From a bacterium (GTDB taxonomy: Bacteria > UBA8248), in contig OY843592.1 of NCBI GenBank assembly GCA_963692865.2, forward strand, positions 3,232,001 to 3,296,000: a DNA stretch of 64,000 nucleotides, written 5' to 3'. The position numbers and the translations under genes are program-made. Position 1 is the first letter of the stretch. The number at the start of each line of letters is the position of its first letter. Of this stretch, positions 10,189 through 21,071 are shown piece after piece. The notes under the pieces were generated by a model that saw only the letters and a program-made list of their open reading frames with translations, did not search any database and was not told where the DNA came from.

Positions 10189-11846
10189 CCGCGCAGGCGC
10201 ATACGGGCGAACAGCCCTTCCTCGCCGCTCCATTCTTTTTCCAGCAACCGCGCTTCCAGTTCTATGGCCCGCGCATAGCTCAAGGAATATTCCAGCACCG
10301 GATGTTTCCAGGTTTCTTGTTTGCGCTGTTCGAAGAGGCCTACGGCCAAGCGCTTTCCTTCATCGGAAAGCCATACCTGTTTTTTGCTCACCGCGAGATG
10401 TTCCTCGCTCCATTGCCGCCGGTTGACGGACGCGACCAAGGGCATGTCCCACAAGGTAGTGCGAAACAACTCCATCAAATCCAGCGCCAGCGGGTGGGCG
10501 GCGGTGCGCGGCGCGTGGAAAAACCCGACCGTAGAGTCCAGCCCCACAGCAATGATCGCGGCCATTACTTCCCGGTAGAGCAAGCCATAGCCGAAAGAAA
10601 GGGCGGCGTTGAAACCGTCGCGTGGCGGACGACGGCTACGCCCGGAAAACGCCATGGATTTCTCATCCGGGTCCAGCAGCAAGGCGAGCGCTGAGAAATA
10701 ATTACGGGCCGCAATGCCCTCGCAGCCGCGCAAGACGTCTGTGTCCGCGCAACACCGCGCCTCCCGGAGTTGATTGCGCATGGCTTTCAAAAACTTCTCC
10801 ACCTTATCGCGCGCGTTGCGGGTGCGCGACTGGCGGGTGATAAAGCGCAACTGGTTTTCGATCTTGGCCTCCGACAGGCGCTGCGAGAGGCGTAGTCGCA
10901 AATCGGCGTCCTGCAATGCCTGGTATTGCCGTAAACGGCGCTGTACGCCCGCGGGCGGTGCCACGCCTCCGACGTACCAGCCGCCTCCGCTCATCCAGTG
11001 TACGGCAATGTCGTTGGCGACGGCGAATTGAATGGCCTGAGATGTGATTTGCGCGCTACCGTGAAGAACGACAGCACCGACATCCATGCCGGGAAATTTC
11101 TTCTCCTCCCCTTTGGAATTGCGCACGACGAGTTGCAGGCCGGAGCGCTTTACCTGGGCATCGCGGTTCACGACGTGCAAAACGCGGCGCGCATCGTCCT
11201 TCGGAAAGAGGCGGCGCGGTTTCGAGGCGGTGGCCGTATCGTCAGCCATGTCAATCGCGGCGGCGAGGCGCGATTCCTCGGGCAGGCACACGGGCGAGAG
11301 CGAGCACTTGGCGCACAGGTTTTCGTTGTCCGTCACCGGCGGACGCTCCAGGAAAAGCGACAATTCCCGCGCGCGGGCAACGGCGCGCCGCAATCGATCG
11401 AGGGCCGCGTCGTCTACGGTCACGCGCACCGTCTTGTTGTTGGCGTGATAGCGAACACGCCCTTCGGGAATCGGCCTGCCGAAGTGCTCGGAAAGGAGCG
11501 CGGCGTATGCGGAGACTTGGAGCTTGTCGCTATCCCAGGCGTCTTCTCCCTTGGAGCGGCCCTTCTTGTGCTCGATGGCAACGAGTCGCCCGTCGCGGTA
11601 ACGGGCGAAATCCACCTTTCCGCGAATACCCCATTCTTCGCTGGAAAGCTCCAGACTTTGCCACTCGCGATTTTTGTCTACTTCGGAGTTGTGCAAGGTG
11701 CGTCCAGCGTGGACGCGGTGGTCGGGCGTACTGATGTTTTCCACATGTTGCAGATAGTACAGTCGTTCACAATATGTCAGCGCGTGAAGGGCTGAGACAC
11801 GGATAACGTATGGATTTTCACTGAAGTCTGAATGGTTATCTGTCAT
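10185..11846 (-). CDS. cas1: Cas4-Cas1 fusion (type I-MYXAN)
   Basis: Cas4: YCERLYY, GKVD, EHKKG, CAKCSLSPVC (Fe-S cysteines). Cas1: LRGCEGIAARNYF, RRPPRDGFNAALSFGY, GFFH, LALDLMELFR. Confidence 0.95.
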   Translation of the reverse strand: MTDNHSDFSENPYVIRVSALHALTYCERLYYLQHVENISTPDHRVHAGRTLHNSEVDKNREWQSLELSSEEWGIRGKVDFARYRDGRLVAIEHKKGRSKGEDAWDSDKLQVSAYAALLSEHFGRPIPEGRVRYHANNKTVRVTVDDAALDRLRRAVARARELSLFLERPPVTDNENLCAKCSLSPVCLPEESRLAAAIDMADDTATASKPRRLFPKDDARRVLHVVNRDAQVKRSGLQLVVRNSKGEEKKFPGMDVGAVVLHGSAQITSQAIQFAVANDIAVHWMSGGGWYVGGVAPPAGVQRRLRQYQALQDADLRLRLSQRLSEAKIENQLRFITRQSRTRNARDKVEKFLKAMRNQLREARCCADTDVLRGCEGIAARNYFSALALLLDPDEKSMAFSGRSRRPPRDGFNAALSFGYGLLYREVMAAIIAVGLDSTVGFFHAPRTAAHPLALDLMELFRTTLWDMPLVASVNRRQWSEEHLAVSKKQVWLSDEGKRLAVGLFEQRKQETWKHPVLEYSLSYARAIELEARLLEKEWSGEEGLFARMRLRG

Positions 11847-11850
11847 AACT

Positions 11851-12609
11851 TCAAGAACGGGAGTAATTGATGGAAACCCAAGCGTTTTCTGGGACCACAT
11901 CTGTCATTTCAAGAACTGGACCGAAGAGCTTTGCGTATGTACGAGAAGAATTGGACCGGTCAATGGTTATAGTCAAACGGCCGACACTTGTGTGCGGTTT
12001 TTTGCTCTCGCCTGAGACGACTGGCACGAACCAATAGCACGGCGGCGGACCTTTCAACACCTCAATGCGATCCGGCAGAAAGTTGCTATCGCCGAGAAAC
12101 GGCAAACCGTACTCTCGCCGTGATTCACCTAGCAATCCGGCATGCGCCTGTTCGCCAATGTCATCTGGATTGCGACAATTGCGAAAACATGCAACTGCCC
12201 GAAGACCCGAAAGAAAAGACCGTTGGACGGGGGTGATATTATATTTGCTCCCCATCGTATGGGGCTTATGTTTACTTCCCTGCTGCCCAACAGGATAATT
12301 ATGTAACTGCTGATAAAGTTGCTGAGTGACAGGAAATATCGACGACTCACTTTTCGCAGGCGAACAACCCCATTTCCATGGCTTGTCGATGACAGGAGCA
12401 CCCAAAGCAATATCCATCTTTGGCAAACAACTTTTCTTAATTAACGTCATCGCCGATTTGCCGTCGTCCTCGCGCATTTCTATGCCAGCTAAATTCAGCA
12501 ACAGTCCGTAAGCTGCCGACGGCGTAATGAAAGGGGAGGTTGGTCGAAAACTGCCAGTGATGAATGGGCGGAAAGCCGCAAAACGCGATTCAATCAACAA
12601 GCAAAACAT
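11851..12609 (-). CDS. cas5: Cas5 (Cmx5/DevS)
   Basis: FAAFRPF..GSFRPT.PFITPSAAYGLLLNLAG; YGLPFLGDSNF; operon position. Confidence 0.9.
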   Translation of the reverse strand: MFCLLIESRFAAFRPFITGSFRPTSPFITPSAAYGLLLNLAGIEMREDDGKSAMTLIKKSCLPKMDIALGAPVIDKPWKWGCSPAKSESSIFPVTQQLYQQLHNYPVGQQGSKHKPHTMGSKYNITPVQRSFLSGLRAVACFRNCRNPDDIGEQAHAGLLGESRREYGLPFLGDSNFLPDRIEVLKGPPPCYWFVPVVSGESKKPHTSVGRLTITIDRSNSSRTYAKLFGPVLEMTDVVPENAWVSINYSRS

Positions 12610-12611
12610 GC

Positions 12612-13577
12612 TTATTCCTCTTTCTTGAACATATTGTCGGCAATTGTTTTCAACAACCGTTGCGGGCTGCGATCCATGTTAATCCCGGTCTCTGCCAGAG
12701 CGTCCCTCTTGTCCTGAGGCAAGTCCTTGACCAATTTTCCGCCCAGAAAGAATTCGCTTCCGGGAAAGTCGGGCGGGTCCTGCGTGAGCCCATCCACGAG
12801 CTCTGGCAAACAGTGGACGCCTTTACCTATGCCACCCGCCCCGGTGTCATGAATTTCGAAGCCATAAGTATCGTAGCCTGCGACTAACTGTTTTGTAAGG
12901 CGCACGACGATAGACGCGGGCGCCATCTCGAAATAACTTCTCGCGTGGTTGCCGGCAACACCGTTCAATTCACCAATCGCCTGCAACAAGGACTTCGTCC
13001 ACTCTTTCTGTTTATCAGTTTTACAATCCTCTAAATTGATGGCGAATGGATACTGGAATGCCGTCACCGCTGTTTCCCGGTGTAGCAGTTGGCTATGCTC
13101 TGCATTTTTCCAAGGGCTGTCCACCTGTTGCGGCGACTGCGTGAATACGGTCGAATGTCGAAACGGTTCCAGGGCCACGGCGAGATTCATTCGCAGGACG
13201 GAATCTCTTTTGAAAGTGAATTTCTCTGGGTCACGTCCTTTTTTCTTTAGTTCATCACGTGTTTTTTTGCGGTCAGCGCTCCCTTGCGCGACGAGCCATC
13301 CCATCAGAAAGTCGTCAGCGTACTTTTCCGCGTCGGGAAAGTCGGAAAACTTTACAGCCAGTTGCTCCTCGTCAGCGAGGCGCTCCCGGTTGCACTGCAC
13401 GTTGGGATAGCCGCGCAGAATTTCACGGATAGCGTTCCGCATCGCTTCCGGGCTGATAACCGGATATTCAAAACGTCCTATCGTGATTTTCTGCATTGCG
13501 GCAACATTTTCAAGCGATTCGCCGCGGTAATTGGCGCTGGGAGCGATATGAGTCAGTACGGTCGCAAACAGATTCAT
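12612..13577 (-). CDS. cas7: Cas7 (DevR)
   Basis: SANYRGE, ISPEAMRNAIRE, YADDFLMG, VAGNHARSYFEMAPASIV; start MNLFATV. Confidence 0.9.
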   Translation of the reverse strand: MNLFATVLTHIAPSANYRGESLENVAAMQKITIGRFEYPVISPEAMRNAIREILRGYPNVQCNRERLADEEQLAVKFSDFPDAEKYADDFLMGWLVAQGSADRKKTRDELKKKGRDPEKFTFKRDSVLRMNLAVALEPFRHSTVFTQSPQQVDSPWKNAEHSQLLHRETAVTAFQYPFAINLEDCKTDKQKEWTKSLLQAIGELNGVAGNHARSYFEMAPASIVVRLTKQLVAGYDTYGFEIHDTGAGGIGKGVHCLPELVDGLTQDPPDFPGSEFFLGGKLVKDLPQDKRDALAETGINMDRSPQRLLKTIADNMFKKEE

Positions 13578-13584
13578 TTTTGCC

Positions 13585-15327
13585 TCACTCTGGTTGGGGA
13601 GCGTTGTTCGATTCTTCCGTCTGGAAGCGTTGCCGCCAAGCGTGAGCACACAGAGCCAGCATCGCAAGGTTCTTCATCTCCGTCCGCTTGCTCTCGGATT
13701 CGTGAAGCGCATTAGAAAGGGCGATAAATCCTTGTTCAGGCGAAACACCTTTTGCTCCCAAGAACTGCGGCACGGCGCAGATGGACCCGACGAAATAATC
13801 GACGAACTCATCGGAATTCCGGCCTCGGATAGCGAGAAAAGCATCGGTTGCCACTTTTTCCCGCGCCTCAAGATAGCGATTCGTCTTTTCGTCGGGTTTG
13901 CTCCAATCCGTATTGCCGTCTTTTTGTGGCAGATCGTTTCGTTTGACGCCACTTCTCTTCTCGGCTCGCTGGGCGACGAATTCACCGACGATCTCGTATA
14001 TTTTACTCGCAATGTTGATTTGGTCGCTCATGTCGTTCCCCTCGTTTCTGAACTGTTCACTTGCAGACAGCCCGAAATTTTGTGCGAACCCCGGCGATTT
14101 ACCTGATTTGATGAATAGCTCGACCGGAAACCGGTTGAAAAGCGTATCCGCCGCTCGGGCGTACCACGGCAAACCGGCAAGTAGATTACGCAAGAGCAAC
14201 TGTTTGAAGTGGGCGTTTAATCGCGAACGGCTACGAATCCGGTCGAATTCTCTAAGTGCGCCAGCGGAGAGGCGAACGGATTCAGTGGTCAGCATTCGTA
14301 TGCTGTTACCTCTTTTAATTAGATGATATAATTCCACTTGTGAAACAACATCAAAAAATTCACCCTCTCCCATGTTTTCCAACCTGTCAATCGCAAGTGA
14401 ATGCAGAAAGATCATGCCGCCTTCAACAACTGCGTCGACCCGTGACTGCTGAGGGTATCGAGAACTGTTGTCGTCTGTGTGCTGTAACCGACGCCAGTGC
14501 ACATCAATGACGGATTCAAACTCGGTCAGATTGTTTACTTCCGGCACTGCCATAACAAAACCGTGAAATCTTCGCTTCCACTGTCCTTTTTCACGCTCGG
14601 AGACATTAGGAACGAAAACTGGTGACACAAACGGCCAGAAATGTAGGAGAAGATTCTGTGGTACCTCGCCCTTGAAATCCACTCGCTCGGCGTTCTTGCT
14701 TTCTGCGCCTATGAACATGGAAGTCGGCATGGGCCCGACTGCTCCACGACGTTTTGTAGCGGCAGTGACAAGCCCGCTCCACACTTTTTGGAGATCGCCG
14801 GATTTTTCCGTCGGGCTTTCTTGTTTTGGGGTAAATTCATATATCTTCTCTGTGTTGCCGCCCGCGCGTAGGACTCCACGCACGGCGTCGCGCCACAAGA
14901 CGACCCAAGAGTTTTCGCTATCGCCTCCCATCCAGTGAGCGATGAGTTCTGCTTTTGGGCGGACGGCTTCATACAGGAAAACCTTGATTTGTTTCTGCTG
15001 GTTGTTCTCCTCCACAGTTTTAGTCTTCTCCTTCGCTGGCATTCGCTGACGCCACTTCGTCCGGGATTCAACCAGATGTTTTTCTCCCGCGTAGACACTA
15101 TCCATGAGAGTTGTCAGAGATGCCTGGGTAAAGCGGACACTCAATCGCAAAGGGGATTTGGATTCGATAACCGGAAACGGCGCATTCTGAATAAAGCGGG
15201 GCATGAATTTCACATAGACGAAAAGCCCTGCCAGCCCCGCCTTGTGCTGAGCAGTCGGCAAGTCCGGAAGCGACCACGTCACCAGGACGCTATCGTCGTT
15301 TTCTCGGTATTCCAGAGTTTCATTCAT
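13585..15327 (-). CDS. cas8: Cas8 large subunit (Cmx8)
   Basis: LPDLPTAQHKAGLAGL, AESKNAERVDF, LLLHFWP, EAREKVATDAFLAIRGR..FVDYF; located between cas3 and cas7. Confidence 0.85.
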   Translation of the reverse strand: MNETLEYRENDDSVLVTWSLPDLPTAQHKAGLAGLFVYVKFMPRFIQNAPFPVIESKSPLRLSVRFTQASLTTLMDSVYAGEKHLVESRTKWRQRMPAKEKTKTVEENNQQKQIKVFLYEAVRPKAELIAHWMGGDSENSWVVLWRDAVRGVLRAGGNTEKIYEFTPKQESPTEKSGDLQKVWSGLVTAATKRRGAVGPMPTSMFIGAESKNAERVDFKGEVPQNLLLHFWPFVSPVFVPNVSEREKGQWKRRFHGFVMAVPEVNNLTEFESVIDVHWRRLQHTDDNSSRYPQQSRVDAVVEGGMIFLHSLAIDRLENMGEGEFFDVVSQVELYHLIKRGNSIRMLTTESVRLSAGALREFDRIRSRSRLNAHFKQLLLRNLLAGLPWYARAADTLFNRFPVELFIKSGKSPGFAQNFGLSASEQFRNEGNDMSDQINIASKIYEIVGEFVAQRAEKRSGVKRNDLPQKDGNTDWSKPDEKTNRYLEAREKVATDAFLAIRGRNSDEFVDYFVGSICAVPQFLGAKGVSPEQGFIALSNALHESESKRTEMKNLAMLALCAHAWRQRFQTEESNNAPQPE

Positions 15328-15332
15328 GTCAC

Positions 15333-17771
15333 TTATATAATTTCCACTTCCCGTCCTACAGGCTTGTCTAGCAGACCCCAGCAGGGAGAATAATGCGCCG
15401 ACTCTGCGAGGCGCACATAGTGGGGCAGGTGAAAAGCCCGCGCAACGTCCTTGTCAGCCGGTTGTGACAGAAACTTCGGACAAGACAAGATCAATCCGTC
15501 GACAGGTTCGCATGCCTCACGCAATGCTTTGTAGTCAGATAAGTCTCCTTTCAAAACTGCGGACACGTTCCAGCCGTCTTCGTCCATGAAGGAACCGCCG
15601 CCCTCCGACCAGAAGTAATTCTCAATGAACGCCTCCCACCCGGCCCCATCTAACGGAATGTGGAGAGAAAATTCTTCTAACAGGCACTCTAGGTGAGCTT
15701 GGGATGCTTCATTCATATCAGTCAGCTTCTCAACGAATTCCCACGCGATTTTCAATTCGTTCTCGCAATAAGGTTTTGCGCCAGTCGGCTTGTAGATAAC
15801 GACCTGCCCTTTATGACTACCACTTCTCTCATCTTGAGCACGTCGGTTGCACCGTCCCATTCGCTGGATTATCGACTGTATAGGAGCCAACTCGCTAATC
15901 AAAACGTCTGCATCCAAATCCAGAGACATTTCGCACACCTGCGTAGTGATCGCTAGGGCAGGTACAGACAATGCACTTTTACTTCGTTTGAACGCCGCAA
16001 CTACTCTTTTGTGCTGTACCGCACGATCCTTGTATCTGAAGCGACTATGATAACAGAGCGCCTCTGGAAATTCCCCGGAGAATCTTTGAGCGAGGTCTTG
16101 ACATCTCCCAACCTGATTGACCACCCATAATACGCGCTTGCCATTTTCGAGAGATTCTGCGGCGACGCGATACGCCTCATCCTCGACTACCATAATGGTA
16201 GTTTCATCAGATGATTCCGAGGCAACTTGCGGCGTAATGAGCTCTGTATGGTAGCGTAGTATTTCCGCTGATTGCGTGAACGCGGCGAATTTTTGTTCCT
16301 CTTGGGGGTAAATTTTCAAGCCCACTTCTTGCAATTCTTTACGGCGGTGGCACGTCAAACTCGCCGTCATACACAGGACAGGAAGCTCGAACTCATGCAA
16401 AAAGCTGACGAGAGCAGAGAACATTTTGGAATCGAAACTATGGACTTCGTCCACCACTACAACGCTATCCGCAAGCAATGGCAAGAGACAAATGCTACCG
16501 TAGTCCTGCTGCATAAAAGCGAGAAACTGATGCACGGTCGCGCTGAAAACACGCTTGTTCCAGTAACCGAGTTTGGCCATGCGGTCGTCCACTTCATAAT
16601 TTTTGAGTGAATCGTTCGGGTTGTAGCGAATGCCGTGCAACTCATGACGCAAGTCGTATTTCGCGGTACCGTGCAGCAAGGATGCATCTGATTCCGGCGC
16701 GTGTGACACATAGTCCCGGAAGCCCTCAACCGCTGTACCGCGAGTAGGATATAGAAACAAGACTCGCGACGCTTTCGCGTGTTTCAAAACCCCCTTAATC
16801 CACATCCAAGCCGCCAACGTTTTCCCTATTCCGCAAGGTGCTAGCATCAATACTCGACTCGTTTGTACTCCCAAGTCCTCTGCCGCCTGCTGGAATTCAT
16901 CGGGAACCGTTGCATCCGTTTTGCTTTGCTTAATTTCTTTGATGCGCGGGGTGATAACTTTTGATTCTATTTCTACAGGAGTGAGAATTTTCTCGTCTTT
17001 ATCATCTCTCGGGAATCGCTCGGTGACCCAGTCAGCGATTTTTCCATCTTTACGCGTCAGGGTCGCAGAACCAACCGAATCGGAGACGATCAGGGCTGTT
17101 TTGACGGCTCTCGTCATCTGCCACAAATCGGCTGAATCTTCGCGCTTTTTCATATTTTTCGCGCGGTTTAGCAGAGACTTTGCGCAAGCGTAGACCTGCT
17201 CCTCGTCGCATTGCCAAACACCCGTTACACCGTACGGTAACGAGTCGGACAATCCTGCTTTACGAACAGCGAGTTTCAGGACCGCAGAGTAATCGGCGTG
17301 GTCGGCGAGAATTCGCATGGCTTGGCCTTCAATGACAGGATTGTGAAGTCCTCGATAAGAGCCGTTTGCAGGATGCCCCCATGCGGCTTTGAGGTGGTGC
17401 CCCAGCACAGCGGAGACGATGACATCAGTATCAGCATCGCCGCTTTTCAACCATTGAGACAAATCTTCGTTGTTTAACAGAAAGGCACTCAAATGCTCGT
17501 GACGAATGAACTGTCTGCTATTGCGCTTCAATGCGTTCTGAAAAGAGTCATTTGCTTTCCCAAGGTCATGCAAAGCGCAAGCGATCACGCCATTAGTATA
17601 AAAACGCGGGAAAACTGCCTTATCTAGTTTGAAGAATCGCATCCACTGTTTGCCTAGGTAGGATGGTTCATCAACGCTTCCAAATAAGGCATCAAAAACT
17701 GCTACTACATTCTCGGAGTGTTGAAGTAGAGAGGGAGGGTTTTGTCCCGATTTAGCTAGTAAGTTCCTCAA
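15333..17771 (-). CDS. cas3: Cas3 HD nuclease-helicase
   Basis: LLQHS, LHDLGKAN, RHEHLS, GHH (HD domain); APCGIGKT, DEVH, MTAS, YHSRF, QRMGRCNR (SF2 helicase). Confidence 0.95.
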   Translation of the reverse strand: MRNLLAKSGQNPPSLLQHSENVVAVFDALFGSVDEPSYLGKQWMRFFKLDKAVFPRFYTNGVIACALHDLGKANDSFQNALKRNSRQFIRHEHLSAFLLNNEDLSQWLKSGDADTDVIVSAVLGHHLKAAWGHPANGSYRGLHNPVIEGQAMRILADHADYSAVLKLAVRKAGLSDSLPYGVTGVWQCDEEQVYACAKSLLNRAKNMKKREDSADLWQMTRAVKTALIVSDSVGSATLTRKDGKIADWVTERFPRDDKDEKILTPVEIESKVITPRIKEIKQSKTDATVPDEFQQAAEDLGVQTSRVLMLAPCGIGKTLAAWMWIKGVLKHAKASRVLFLYPTRGTAVEGFRDYVSHAPESDASLLHGTAKYDLRHELHGIRYNPNDSLKNYEVDDRMAKLGYWNKRVFSATVHQFLAFMQQDYGSICLLPLLADSVVVVDEVHSFDSKMFSALVSFLHEFELPVLCMTASLTCHRRKELQEVGLKIYPQEEQKFAAFTQSAEILRYHTELITPQVASESSDETTIMVVEDEAYRVAAESLENGKRVLWVVNQVGRCQDLAQRFSGEFPEALCYHSRFRYKDRAVQHKRVVAAFKRSKSALSVPALAITTQVCEMSLDLDADVLISELAPIQSIIQRMGRCNRRAQDERSGSHKGQVVIYKPTGAKPYCENELKIAWEFVEKLTDMNEASQAHLECLLEEFSLHIPLDGAGWEAFIENYFWSEGGGSFMDEDGWNVSAVLKGDLSDYKALREACEPVDGLILSCPKFLSQPADKDVARAFHLPHYVRLAESAHYSPCWGLLDKPVGREVEII

Positions 17772-17787
17772 GTTCTAATCCCGCTTT

Positions 17788-18411
17788 TTAAGTTCGGAAT
17801 GGCACAAAAACTCCGCAGCCCATCCTTCGCCGTCCGCCAAGGCCGCGTTCCTGCAATAAGATGGATTCCTCAGCAGTCAGTTCCGTCGCCAATACTGTGT
17901 AGCCGACGACCCGCTTGTTCTTTACACGGACGATGCGGCGGCTTGTATCTCGGCCATCATTTCGCCCGGAAAGATTCGGGACACGAAACAACTTGCCACG
18001 AATCCCGAGGGCGGCCGATTGACGAGCGATTTCAGCGTCAAAGCGGGTAGGGTCGTCACCGTTTTTGGTTGTTGCGATCCGACAGCGCAATGTCGCCGAC
18101 GGAGTCAGAGTGTGCGTCTCACCGACTCCGACGCGCAGCTTGCACCCGTCCAAATCGAGGCTTTTTCCCGCAAGTTTTAGGCAGCGCGGTAGCAGGTCAG
18201 ACGGCAAGCGCAGGCCAAGGCGGGCGTTCGAGCCGACGAGCAACTTGCCGTTGCCAGTGCGCACGCCACGAACTGTATGCAAACCGATATGCGGATTGCC
18301 GTGCATCCATTGATCCTCTCCGGTCTCGAGAATGCGGGAAAGCGCACCGTATAACGCGTAGCCGTGGTCGGCGGGTATCTCATTGCCGATGACACGAAAA
18401 AGAATGTCCAA
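17788..18411 (-). CDS. cas6: Cas6 (Cmx6) crRNA endoribonuclease
   Basis: IPADHGYALYGALS; C-terminal GLGGRRRMGCGVF glycine loop. Confidence 0.92.
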   Translation of the reverse strand: MDILFRVIGNEIPADHGYALYGALSRILETGEDQWMHGNPHIGLHTVRGVRTGNGKLLVGSNARLGLRLPSDLLPRCLKLAGKSLDLDGCKLRVGVGETHTLTPSATLRCRIATTKNGDDPTRFDAEIARQSAALGIRGKLFRVPNLSGRNDGRDTSRRIVRVKNKRVVGYTVLATELTAEESILLQERGLGGRRRMGCGVFVPFRT

Positions 18412-19607
18412 GGTGGGGTTGAAGACTCGAACCTCCTATTCATTAGTTTATGGTACAAAGACTCAGATATGAAGGCCATTATTCCAGTTGTGTGATTTAT
18501 TTTTCAAGCCTTTGTATGCACTTGATACGGGCCAATTCACAGGTTTCTATCTTACATTGTGTCCGGATATCAGCTCAGATATTGGTCTACCTTGAAATTT
18601 GTGTAGCGCTCATCTCGCCAATATTGATAGTTATACATAGCTAAATCCCGGGACTGGAGAGGTCGACTCACAGATCTTCACTCCCCGAATCCATCTAACC
18701 CCGGGGTTACTTCGCCGATTTATTCGGCAATTCCGGCGCGGCTTCGGAGATATTTCTGCTGATTTCTCCGCTCTCCTCATCGTGTCCGCCTTTTCCATGT
18801 ACTTCACGATGACTTGAGTGACGAGTTTCGCCGACCGCAAAAGGTGGATTTATGCTTCCGCTCGTGGCCATTCCCTGCCTTCAATTGACTCAAGCGCTAC
18901 CCAGATCATCAACCTGCTCGGGGAAATCCCCCTTTTATGAGCCTCTTTTTTGCTCCGTTTCAGTGATTTTCATCGACGCGGATGTGCTTGTTTATCGTGT
19001 TTCCCATGCCGTTTTCCTCGTTTTGTCCTTTGAAATGTCGTTCATTTGAGATTTTTCCGGCTCCCGCCAGCGCCTTTCGAGAGCCGAAACACCAGCCGCG
19101 CTCCAGATTCCCTGGTAGAATTACACGGGCCGATCACGGCTCTGCGCATCCGTGTCTTGCGTCGTTTTTTGCGACGCACTCGAAGAGAGTTCATATTCAC
19201 GCGCATTCTCGTCAGAGACCAATTTGGCATCAGCAGGAAAACCCTGATACCAGCCGTATTACAAATAGAATACGCCATTTTTTAAGTGCAGTGATTTCAA
19301 AAGGATACGAATGCCACCAAATTGCGACGCACTTTTCTCGGCATGACGAGGACGCGCGGGAGGGTGAACGATAAAAGCGAGGCGCAACGAATCGCGGTCA
19401 TTCGCAGCCTCCGCGACACCCGCATCGGCGATGCGTCAGGTGTGAAATCCGAAGCGCCGAAGGGCGGCCAGATACTGAATCCATGGGACAAGCGACAGGG
19501 GAATCGACGCCGGTGAGAGAGGCGAGCGGGAGCCGTAGCGGCGACTGAGCGGGAAGAGTCGGGAAGAGCAATACGGGGAGGCGAGTGCTGCGGCAAACGA
19601 AGGAGAG

Positions 19608-19642
19608 AAAAACGGGCCGCGCCGCCTAGCGACGCGACCCGT
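19608..19642 (-). terminator. intrinsic terminator after DUF2493 gene
   Basis: Minus strand ACGGGTCGCGTCGCTAGGCGGCGCGGCCCGT hairpin followed by TTTT. Confidence 0.65.
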
Positions 19643-19655
19643 CAGGTGCTTCACA

Positions 19656-20609
19656 TCAGGCAGCGACTTTCTGGACGGGGATGCCGAGGGTTTTCGCCTT
19701 GTCGACGAGGTTGTCGGTGATGCCCGAACCGGGGAAGGCGATCACGCCCTTGGGGAGGAGATTCAAGAGCTCGTCGTTGCGGCGGAAGGGAGCCGCCCTG
19801 CCATGGGCGTCCCAGTCGGGTTTGCAGACGATCTGGTGGACGCCGTTCCGCTCGGCCCATCCCGACGCGATCTTCTCCGCACCCGGGCCGCCGCCGTGGA
19901 CGAGAACGACGTCGGCGTACTTGGCCTTGACCTTGTCGAGATGCGCGATGATTTTGCCCGCGTCGGTCGACTCCTTTCCTCCCGCGACGGCGACGAGGGT
20001 TCCCTGGGGAAGATGGGCCGTGTTCGCGCGGTCCTTTTTCGCCCTCTGGAAGTCGCGCGCCTCGATGACGGCGGAGGTCAGCTTGCCGGTCTGCGAGACG
20101 TGTGATCCTCGCCTCGGCCGCCATACCTCGCCGGTCTCGACGCGGTAGGCCTCTGCGGCGGCGTCACGGAGCTGCTCGAAGGCGTCGCGGCGTTCCGTGA
20201 GGTTGTTTGCCCGGTCGGTCGCGAGTTCGAGTTCGCGGGATCGGATCTCCGATCCGTCCTGTTCGCGCTGCAGTTCGCGGATGCCGGGGATGAGCCTGTC
20301 GGCGGCGCGGTCGAGGCGCTGTGTCTGCGCGTCGAGGGTGTTGACGAAGCCCCACAGGAGGTTTCTTCGCTCATCCGCGAGTTGCGTTCCGTCGGGCGCG
20401 GCTTGGGCCAGGATACCGAAGGCCTTGAGGACGGCGTCGGTGGCCTCGCCTTCGTCCCACACGGGGCGGTTGTCGAACTCGTCCGGCCCGGGGGTCGCGC
20501 CGAAGAGTTCGGCCTGCTCGCATACCATGGCGGTGAAGGATTCGTTCTGCGCTTCGTGCTCCGCGTGCTCGTGCATGCTCATCTCCTTGTGTGTCGCGGT
20601 GGCGTTCAT
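19656..20609 (-). CDS. DUF2493 (YspA/SLOG-like) plasmid/ICE protein
   Basis: VAVAGG, VLVHGGGPGAEKIA..WA, PDWDAHGRAAPFRRND, VIAFPGSGIT; N-terminal coiled region. Confidence 0.85.
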   Translation of the reverse strand: MNATATHKEMSMHEHAEHEAQNESFTAMVCEQAELFGATPGPDEFDNRPVWDEGEATDAVLKAFGILAQAAPDGTQLADERRNLLWGFVNTLDAQTQRLDRAADRLIPGIRELQREQDGSEIRSRELELATDRANNLTERRDAFEQLRDAAAEAYRVETGEVWRPRRGSHVSQTGKLTSAVIEARDFQRAKKDRANTAHLPQGTLVAVAGGKESTDAGKIIAHLDKVKAKYADVVLVHGGGPGAEKIASGWAERNGVHQIVCKPDWDAHGRAAPFRRNDELLNLLPKGVIAFPGSGITDNLVDKAKTLGIPVQKVAA

Positions 20610-20659
20610 CGTTCACTCCTTTCAGTGATTGGGTTTTCCAGTCGGTGGTTCGGTTGCCC

Positions 20660-21034
20660 TCAAGCGAGGGGATGGTTGAATTCAGGAAGAGCGTAGCCGC
20701 GCTCGTTGCGCCCCACTTCCCTGGGCATCCCGTCGAGATACCCGGCCGCCCATTCGGCGGCGCGGGCGAGGACGTCGCCGTGACACGGGAGGGGATGGCA
20801 GTGGCAGCCGAGATCGCAGCCCTGAAGGTCGGCGAGTTGGTAGAGGTCCACCTCCTCATTCCGGATTTTTTCCCACAGCCATCGCCGGTATTTCTCGATG
20901 ACGGCGTCGCGGTCGCCGTCTGTGCCGATCCGGAAGGGGTTTCCCCACTTCGTCATGCGGTCGATCCTCACCAGCAAGCCGCCTCCGAACTGGGGTGCAA
21001 CGTAGTCGTTCAAATTCACCACGGTGGTATCCAT
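20660..21034 (-). CDS. DUF4326 domain protein
   Basis: RIDRMTKWGNPF, YRRWL, LGCHCHPLPCHGDVL; AAGGAG RBS. Confidence 0.85.
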   Translation of the reverse strand: MDTTVVNLNDYVAPQFGGGLLVRIDRMTKWGNPFRIGTDGDRDAVIEKYRRWLWEKIRNEEVDLYQLADLQGCDLGCHCHPLPCHGDVLARAAEWAAGYLDGMPREVGRNERGYALPEFNHPLA

Positions 21035-21071
21035 GCCTTTCTCCTTCGCAGAGGGTTAACGGATGCGCTTC

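Noticed and set aside
18412-19330. Possible CreTA/mini-array upstream of cas6 (TCACAGGTTTC, TCACAGATC, CGCCTTTCG fragments)
   Set aside because: Matches to the repeat are about 8-10 nt and lack repeat-spacer-repeat spacing
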